DNA of 64,000 nucleotides from Kiritimatiellia bacterium (GTDB lineage Bacteria; Verrucomicrobiota; Kiritimatiellia; RFP12; UBA1067): NCBI GenBank assembly GCA_045132115.1, contig JBGURT010000028.1, positions 2,293 to 66,292 of the forward strand, read 5' to 3'. Shown piece by piece: positions 57,901 to 64,000 of this stretch (position 1 is its first letter; each line of letters starts with the position of its first letter). The notes under the pieces were generated by a model. It saw only the letters and a program-made list of their open reading frames with translations, ran no database searches and was not told where the DNA came from. The position numbers and the translations under genes were made by a program.

Positions 57901-60900
57901 GCCGTCCTCGCGCAAGGTCAATACGCCATTCGGCTTGAGGTTGAGCGTGCCGGGCATCGCAGCTCTCTCTCTCTCGTTGCCTGCGCGAATACCTTTGGTA
58001 TTGACCGTAGCCTCGCCCTCACCTCCGCCGATATTCCATGTTGCGCTACCGCTGGAATCGTTGCTATTGCCCCAAGCAAGTCGAACTGCACCATTAGGCA
58101 TATCGATCGTGCCGCCGGTCATGTCGTAGACGACCGTGGAATTCCAGTGACCAATCAATAGCGGCGCCGTCTGATTGGAAGCGACGCTGCCATCGCCATT
58201 GATCGTTATCGTGCCACCGGTTTGGCTATAGTTCTGAACCACTCCGCCTTGATTGCCGAGCACCATGCGCGTGACCGTAACCTCGGCACCATCTTCAAAG
58301 CCGACAAACGCCTTGTTGCCGACCGGCTGGAACAACTCGCCGGTAAACGCTTGTGCCAATATGATTCCGCCTTTGACATTGGCGCTTTCGGTAATAAACG
58401 GAAGCGTGCTTATCGTCGAGTCGCCGGTAAACCGTATCGCAGCATCTGCATCCGGCGAAGAAAGCGCCGCATCCGCCCAATCGACCAATGTCACCGTTCC
58501 TTCCGTCACCGAAACCTGACTGTTGCCAAAGTTATGCAATACCGCACCATTCTTGGCCACAATCGAACCGAAGGTTGCCGCAACATCATTGCTTTTCTTG
58601 ATGGTAACCGTTCCATCCGCTGTGAGTACCCCGGCCGTTACATCAATATCAAACGTAAAGGTGGGGGTGGTATTTTCCGCCGCCGTTATTGCAATGTACG
58701 GAGCAGGTCCGTCCACCCATCCTTCAGGCTTCTCATCCGACCAATCGACATCACTAGCGATGGTCTTGCGGTAATTCACGCCATACACTATGCCAACTGC
58801 TATTTGCGTATTGACCGAAAAAGTGTTGCCTGCGCTGCAAGCAGTATCCTCATCTACTGCATGGCTGGAAGAATGCCATACGCAATTGCACCGGGCAATC
58901 TTCGCATCGCTGAAGACACCCCCTATCGCCAGCCCGTCCACGCTCTCGGCGAATTGGATGCGATATCTTGCATCCGATGCCAAAACATCGCCATTGAATG
59001 TGAATGTAGTCGAGCCGGACACAGTCCAGACCGAATCGCCTTTTGCACTTATCGCCACGATGACATTTTGCGGAGTCGTTACCACCAGATAAGGTTCAGT
59101 AGTGATAGGCGTCCCTTCATCGCTTCCGCCAAAATCGGCGTTTTTGTCGGTTCCCGATCCCCAATTTACCGTTATGGACGAGAGCTTTACCACTTCGGTT
59201 ATTTCGGCAAAATCGGTATCGGTATTGGCGAACAGGAAGTGAACCGAGTCTGCCTCCGTTACTGCATGGCGCAGATTGAACGACTGCCAGGTTACATTTG
59301 CATTGCCGGTGAGTCCTGCGCTTGGGGAAACCGTATCGTTCAAATAGGTAGAGTAAGTGCCCACTACATCCATATTTTCGATCGCCAGCGATCCTTGATG
59401 TTCGGAGATGGCTATGTTACCGAATACTTCGTCTGAACCGTAGACATAAACGGTTATCGCACTAACGCCGTCCGGAACATTCCTTACACTGATCTCTCCT
59501 GCCACCAATTCATCCAATGTGGTCCGGACCGCAACTTCGGTACTTGAATCGAAAGACCAGTTGGCAAAGTCGCGCATCGTACCCATATCTATTTTTGTCA
59601 CTGTTTCCGGAACCGAAAGCCCCGTCAAACTATCCCAGGAGAACGGCGGCTCCGGGACAATACTGGCGATCGTAGCATTTCCGGTTAATGTGTCTAGCGC
59701 TTCTTGGGCGGTTTTGTAGTATACGGTAGTGGAATCCTCAGTGATTGAGGCGACCGCCATATACATGTTGCGATCGGAAGCTTGCTGGAAAATGGTATAG
59801 GTTGTTCCGTCAACAGTTGATGTGGTGTTGGCGATTGTGCCGTCGCCACCGGCTTTGAGCACTACTTCACCCATTGTTGGTGCCATATCCAATGCAATCT
59901 CGCCAATCGACAGCGTGGCCGAAGTATTGTTGGTCACCGTTCCCGTATAGTCGGCCGCGATGCGGGCAAAGGCAATCGAGGTTATCGCCGCTTCCGTGTC
60001 GAAAACGAAATTGCCCGTCCCGGAAATAGTCTGGAACGTATACGCCCTGAGCGACGCGTCCGTCAGCCGCAGATCGCCCGCCAGCACCAGATCCGGCGCC
60101 ACTTCATATCCGGTTTCGGCGTTGAGATATCCGCCGGTGATGCCATTTATGACTATCTTAGATCCGCGGCGCCCGTAGACGTTGAGATTTAGTCCGTTCG
60201 CATTGATGACCGGCAATTCCACCGTCCCCGTCCAGTTTTCGCCAAATGCCGGCGCGACATTCAGCAACGCGGCGCATTTTATCGTGCCGTTGCCATTGAC
60301 AGTTCCCGCCATAAGCGAGTAGGCTGCCATATTCACTGTGCCTTCCACGACTATGTGGTTGGCGATCCATACCTTCCCTACAGCAATCGCAAACTCATTG
60401 GCTGCCGCCGCTTTTATGGTACCGGCATTAGCCTCGGTGTCGTCAAGATCGTTCTGGGCGCCCAAGCCAATCCGCTTGCCGGCCACGCTGATTGACCCGA
60501 CAAACCCGGAAGCGTCGGTAAATGTCATTCTCTCGCGGCACTCGGCATAGCCATAATCGTAAAACGTGCCAGATCCTTTCAGTTTGGCCACTTTTATCTC
60601 GTTGTCCGAATCGCCGTTATTGTTGTACCACGCAAATTTGTCCCCTTCATCTTCCAAGATCAATGTCCAAAGACAATCTGCACTTCCTGCATACGCCCGC
60701 ACATTTGTAAATTTCACCGCAGAATTGGCATTGCCGTATTGATCGAGCGACTCGAGCAAAACCGTCACCTTGCCGGTCTCGCCGGCGTCAGACTCGCCGA
60801 TGTTCTTGATCCACAATGTCCCCTGCCACGCCGCATCACTCAATTTTTCGAGCAGGGGGGCATCCGGTAGAAAACCGTCCAAAATTAGCGTGCCCGTACC

Positions 60901-63900
60901 AGAAAGCGCAGTATCGGCGGAAATTGAACTTGCCGAGGTTATAGCCACTACACCATCGTCACCAATGGCCAATTCGCCATCTCCAACTACTTCGCTCAAA
61001 ACGGCCTCCGTATTCACCGCCACCGTTCCGCCGGCAATGGTCATCACGCCCTCCGGCCTCAGCGCGCCGCCGGCAAGTTTGTAGGTTTTACCTTCTCCGC
61101 CATTGAAAGTTATCGACTCCGGCGTGCGCGTTCCCTCAATCGTTATCGTTGCCTCGGTTGCTGGATCGCCAATCGCCCCGAACGCCACCGCTGCCAAATC
61201 GGCATAATCGATACTCTCCGACTCATCGCTACTCACAATACGATTGGACTTCCAAGTGGCCGATCCGCCAGTCCATGGCTCGGCTTGGCTGGGCGTAAAG
61301 ACAACCGTTCCAGATTCCAACGAAAATTTGCCTGCGCATCCTATAGGTTTGAGGCTTGCAACATCTTCGCCAGCATAGCCGGTCATCACCGTTATAGGAT
61401 CGCTGGTTGAGGTGATTCCGGTTTTCGAAACATCAACATACACGCTACCGCTCGCATTGATTGTCGCCGCCGCCAGCGTGACTACCGCTTCCTCGACTAG
61501 CGGAATCACCACTGTGGCGCCGTCATTCAGCGTCAGCGTGGCCGATGTCATGGCCGCCGGATTGCGCACTTCCAACCAACCGCTGTCATTCACCGTGACC
61601 GCGCCGTTGGCCCAGCTGCCGGACTCGGAGAATATCACCTTGCCGTACGAGGAAATGTCGAGTTTGCTGTTTCCGGTGCAGACATTCGCACCGCTCAAAA
61701 TGAGAGCATTGATTTGTGACGATCCGGCGCCGATTACCGAAAGGCTCACCGCACGACTGTCACTACTCCTGAATACGCCGGAAAATTCCGTATCCTTAGT
61801 CTGTTTCGACTCTACCTCATATTTATAATCGCCACTTGTCCATTCTGAGCTTATGGTGCCGTTACCGGAAAGATCTCGTACTTTCAACTTACCACCGGGA
61901 CTGGCGGAAGTTCCCTTGTAATATCGATTTCCCAAATGCACATACCCTGCCACTTCCAATCCCGGACACACCGAAGGATGGAAATTCGGGTTGCCGGTGG
62001 GATTGAGATTGCATTGATAGTAGTAGCCGTACGTAGTGTTCACGCTTTTCAGCCGGACGACACCGTCAAACATGCTCAATGTGGCCGTGTGAGTTATCTT
62101 GTTGGGCGCGGTGCTGGTATCGTCCAACTCCAAGATGGCCGATCCGCCACCCGTGAACCGATCGCCATTTTCCCATACGCAATCTCGCAGCGTGAAGGTT
62201 GCCCCCTCGGCTATGGCCACCGGATTTGCCGGCTCTATGCTCGAAATTATTTGCCCTTCCTCCAGCGAGGTGCCGCCGCTAATGTTGTTGGCGTTGCTAA
62301 GCGCAAGCGTTCCGGGGCCAAGCTTGATCAACTTCGCAGCCGTGATGGCGACGGAAATCGTATTGGTGGTGCCTGCGGCCACGTACACGACCAGCGTCCC
62401 GTCATCCATTCCTGAAGTGTCGATTGCTTCATCGGTTGGATTCAATAGGAGGATACCATCAATCACAATTACTTCCGTGCTGATTGTAAGTGCGCTCTTG
62501 ACCGTCGCCAAGCCCTTGCCGCTCTTGGTCACGGTACCGGCCGCAATCGCATCCCCTTCTATTGTCACCGCGCGATTATCCGCCGTAAAGCCAAGCGTAT
62601 CCACGTTCTTCTCGCCGTCCACAGTCACCTCCAACGGCGTGGTGGACGAATCGTCGTCATCCGGGAAGATTACTTTCTGCGAGCCGTCATTCAAATAGTT
62701 GTCGTCTCCGCCATCAAAGCCAGTATCCGTCCAAACTCCGCTCTCGCCGGTCCAGGGGATCGACTCGATCTTGACGCCAAATTCATAGGTCCCAGTCGAC
62801 ACCTCTTCGGAATATAGCTGCCAATTCTCGCTGTTGGCTCCGCGAGTGAATGCGGTCACCTTGTCGGTCGTGATTTGCGTGGGCGAGGTGATAATCGGGA
62901 GCCTGAATTTGCCGGTCAAATCGAGTCCTGAAATATCCACATTTATATTGCCGGAAAGCGTTAGCGATTCATTAACCGTAAGTCCATCAGTAGCACTTTG
63001 CGGCTTTAGCGTAGCGCCGTCCGCCAATGTCAGCATTGGCGTGGTACCGCTACCGGAAAGGTTGCCGGTAACAGTAAATGTGGAATTTTCATTTGCTCTT
63101 GTTACGCTACCGTTTAGCTCCAACATATTTGCCGAGAAATTGGAGCCGTCATTCATGATGAAAGTTGCACCAGGGTCAATCACGATCTTTCCATCGGTGC
63201 AACGACCCGCTTCTCCTCCATAATAATTTTTATAAATCGACACACTGCCTTCTTTGATTCTAAACTCGCCGGCACCATTGATGGAACAATGCGATATTAT
63301 AAAATCATTATTTCCTGTTTTTGTTAGTGTATTGCCGTTAAGATTTATATTGCAATACGTATAATGCAAGGTTCTACCCATGACAACATTCGCCATTGAC
63401 GCATCCACATTTGCATTGCCATTCAATGTCAATGTAGTCAACGCCGACCAACGTCCACCGTGTGCCGATGTATACTGCGATGCCGTCAATGTTGCACCAT
63501 TCTCAAGAATCACACTGCACTTCTGATCGTAATATTCGCCACTAATAGCGCCATTCATATCAAGAACCGCCGCATTCTTTACGGTAATCGTTCCTGGTGT
63601 ATTTACTGGGCCAAATGACGTGCCATTGCCCATTTTCACAGTTCCGCTTTCAATAATTACATCACCCGTGAATGATGTATTGCCGGAAGACATCGTAAAC
63701 TCATTGCCGACGCCGTGGTCAAAGATAAGCGTGCCGGAGCCGGAAAGCCCCCCGTCGGGAATAGTCAAATCGGTCGTTGAAAAGGTGAGCGAAGTATCGG
63801 CGCCCAGAGAAACGGCATTGGCTTCGATCGGCGTACTGATTGCAACCGGACTAGCGCCGGAAACGTTTATCGCGCCGGTGGCGGTAATCTTGTTGCCCGT

Positions 63901-64000
63901 TAGCGTATACTCCGTATCGCTCGCGATAAACGAAAGGCTGGCCACATTCTTCTCGCCGTTTACCGTAACCGCCACCGTAGCGTTTCCGGCCGACTCCGCG
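54979..64000 (-). CDS. giant surface protein (>3000 aa, N-terminus beyond window): PATR beta-helix repeats, LamG-like domain, C-terminal FY motif
   Basis: ORF 54979..63975 is open to the window edge; LamG-like segment (ALIRGSTENEIKLVWGKSSEQSYTTLAAMKV...VWQQ); ends GKGWSLRRGGFYLHIR. Confidence 0.8.
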   Translation of the reverse strand, partial: AESAGNATVAVTVNGEKNVASLSFIASDTEYTLTGNKITATGAINVSGASPVAISTPIEANAVSLGADTSLTFSTTDLTIPDGGLSGSGTLIFDHGVGNEFTMSSGNTSFTGDVIIESGTVKMGNGTSFGPVNTPGTITVKNAAVLDMNGAISGEYYDQKCSVILENGATLTASQYTSAHGGRWSALTTLTLNGNANVDASMANVVMGRTLHYTYCNINLNGNTLTKTGNNDFIISHCSINGAGEFRIKEGSVSIYKNYYGGEAGRCTDGKIVIDPGATFIMNDGSNFSANMLELNGSVTRANENSTFTVTGNLSGSGTTPMLTLADGATLKPQSATDGLTVNESLTLSGNINVDISGLDLTGKFRLPIITSPTQITTDKVTAFTRGANSENWQLYSEEVSTGTYEFGVKIESIPWTGESGVWTDTGFDGGDDNYLNDGSQKVIFPDDDDSSTTPLEVTVDGEKNVDTLGFTADNRAVTIEGDAIAAGTVTKSGKGLATVKSALTISTEVIVIDGILLLNPTDEAIDTSGMDDGTLVVYVAAGTTNTISVAITAAKLIKLGPGTLALSNANNISGGTSLEEGQIISSIEPANPVAIAEGATFTLRDCVWENGDRFTGGGSAILELDDTSTAPNKITHTATLSMFDGVVRLKSVNTTYGYYYQCNLNPTGNPNFHPSVCPGLEVAGYVHLGNRYYKGTSASPGGKLKVRDLSGNGTISSEWTSGDYKYEVESKQTKDTEFSGVFRSSDSRAVSLSVIGAGSSQINALILSGANVCTGNSKLDISSYGKVIFSESGSWANGAVTVNDSGWLEVRNPAAMTSATLTLNDGATVVIPLVEEAVVTLAAATINASGSVYVDVSKTGITSTSDPITVMTGYAGEDVASLKPIGCAGKFSLESGTVVFTPSQAEPWTGGSATWKSNRIVSSDESESIDYADLAAVAFGAIGDPATEATITIEGTRTPESITFNGGEGKTYKLAGGALRPEGVMTIAGGTVAVNTEAVLSEVVGDGELAIGDDGVVAITSASSISADTALSGTGTLILDGFLPDAPLLEKLSDAAWQGTLWIKNIGESDAGETGKVTVLLESLDQYGNANSAVKFTNVRAYAGSADCLWTLILEDEGDKFAWYNNNGDSDNEIKVAKLKGSGTFYDYGYAECRERMTFTDASGFVGSISVAGKRIGLGAQNDLDDTEANAGTIKAAAANEFAIAVGKVWIANHIVVEGTVNMAAYSLMAGTVNGNGTIKCAALLNVAPAFGENWTGTVELPVINANGLNLNVYGRRGSKIVINGITGGYLNAETGYEVAPDLVLAGDLRLTDASLRAYTFQTISGTGNFVFDTEAAITSIAFARIAADYTGTVTNNTSATLSIGEIALDMAPTMGEVVLKAGGDGTIANTTSTVDGTTYTIFQQASDRNMYMAVASITEDSTTVYYKTAQEALDTLTGNATIASIVPEPPFSWDSLTGLSVPETVTKIDMGTMRDFANWSFDSSTEVAVRTTLDELVAGEISVRNVPDGVSAITVYVYGSDEVFGNIAISEHQGSLAIENMDVVGTYSTYLNDTVSPSAGLTGNANVTWQSFNLRHAVTEADSVHFLFANTDTDFAEITEVVKLSSITVNWGSGTDKNADFGGSDEGTPITTEPYLVVTTPQNVIVAISAKGDSVWTVSGSTTFTFNGDVLASDARYRIQFAESVDGLAIGGVFSDAKIARCNCVWHSSSHAVDEDTACSAGNTFSVNTQIAVGIVYGVNYRKTIASDVDWSDEKPEGWVDGPAPYIAITAAENTTPTFTFDIDVTAGVLTADGTVTIKKSNDVAATFGSIVAKNGAVLHNFGNSQVSVTEGTVTLVDWADAALSSPDADAAIRFTGDSTISTLPFITESANVKGGIILAQAFTGELFQPVGNKAFVGFEDGAEVTVTRMVLGNQGGVVQNYSQTGGTITINGDGSVASNQTAPLLIGHWNSTVVYDMTGGTIDMPNGAVRLAWGNSNDSSGSATWNIGGGEGEATVNTKGIRAGNERERAAMPGTLNLKPNGVLTLREDGIQFLSENATLNLMGGKIVAADNMEIANAKANGTVLAEGTTTILDTRENKVTLSAALTGSGTLVKRGAGMLILDCNLDNFTGKIVVDAGTLVFRNTHNAGAGMIEFAEGTQLGLVDSFANDGKFTIDRTTVIWDDEKTAIKLYNSDMTASSSKITAVDNGDGTWTYSWAPMVLAWADFDFNTDNYGPFINYGLLNNNSIKNSGTGGTDGDLKEDGFTVAQSLDPETGGLYMRVHPYKGYSYPTEWSAAIYATLPALEDNVLVMFGSAGGGFLALIRGSTENEIKLVWGKSSEQSYTTLAAMKVKAATIAHHLVVFSKNSSYVNVYIDGVHVVQYPASGLSIGSGFQVGSIFNGDKTNGLTRPASDDPAEIGMIKVWQQQIGATMSASLAEKYPFISPGRKSERTLDSSTGDNDWYVNDWYVPAGGVWINTINGEAAEGDDGSLPLEDADVTITSGGDCEQWLDVVLNEDNGQNQNAVVGDLVFTGTQPITVRKSIGGFALEPSGIMSNATDLTVHVGAIEMNTVPLYMSEDATLHFDPTDCLIGLRTAGRIDLTGVCEEFLDSTSNPRVTCAPTSNSGIIRFKSFGYDSTKRCYYMETEAAREAMNVYVRTVGDGVVDGDTEVYYLDGDTEVSTLPIDGDVLHFTEDSAPTNTIAPSLVVGGFSIPAGITLVLTNELSVAVSGEGNILMDGARPKASEGAAATALKDSAKWKGLLEIRGVNFGNTSLDNFGNENSKLRLSGCSITPQGGSECAFKLELVDGDYGYGLKYNYATTAGIVTQIKSLTGDGTFVSPGTTEASAKVATFKVLDASDFTGVISNTVPEEATGGLLFEIGSDEATAAEGVLIASDGELTIADAIYASTNFTVRGTLKVTGEQAVVSTGNVSFDGGTLVLPEGAYPMFLAPVEVTANGLTVDLADILSEGGVQVMRVSDSDYLPSKDNIIIKGNAAGKILVKDGDGKGWSLRRGGFYLHIR

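Overview
Description of a 64 kb high-GC bacterial window (PVC-like diderm suggested). All ~50 features lie on the minus strand, tightly packed with many ATGA stop/start overlaps.

Genes, from low to high coordinates:
- Core region 1-11 kb: partial ABC-F ATPase, MBL-fold hydrolase, purD, two LysM coiled-coil proteins, scpB/scpA, a UPF0371 (DUF1846) protein, nifU-like, hemW-like, metK, ridA, tRNA-Thr.
- Giant-protein operon 11-24 kb: two paralogous ~1,850-1,890-aa secreted proteins (C10 peptidase-like N-terminus, FN3-like, LamG-like and PATR beta-helix repeats, conserved C-terminal GG..FY motif). A translationally coupled 393-aa ORF sits between them, with an N-terminal RAYT/IS200-like HUH Y1 domain and a C-terminal DprA/Smf-like domain.
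- 23.6-34.6 kb: fadD-like ligase, Gfo/Idh oxidoreductase, rmuC, rlmB, pfk, pckG, purM, fba, tRNA-Val, tRNA-Tyr.
- 34.8-47.2 kb: a visibly more AT-rich glycan-modification island bounded by tRNA-Val/Tyr and tRNA-Arg. It holds GT2, GT32, GT8 and GT4 glycosyltransferases, a sugar aminotransferase, an ATP-grasp ligase, GNAT and hexapeptide acyltransferases, an SGNH-like protein, DUF1796, an LPS-kinase-like and a YrbL-like protein, and an embedded DUF3791-DUF3990-DUF3791 tricistron.
- 47.2-55 kb: a small basic peptide, hisG interrupted by a single in-frame TAG, an RND efflux operon (acrA-acrB-oprM-like), a charged lipoprotein.
- 55-64 kb: the C-terminal >9 kb of a third giant PATR/LamG protein running off the window.

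Findings of note:
- the HUH-DprA fusion between the two giant adhesin/peptidase genes;
- frameshift-prone short tandem repeats: an 8-bp repeat in the giant-2 signal peptide, 7-bp repeats plus a G8 tract in GT4, and a 7-bp repeat in the lipoprotein;
- a recurring sigma70 promoter 'TGATATAATACGCGCA' in front of two tRNA genes and hisG;
- three 22-bp-phased direct repeats upstream of nifU.
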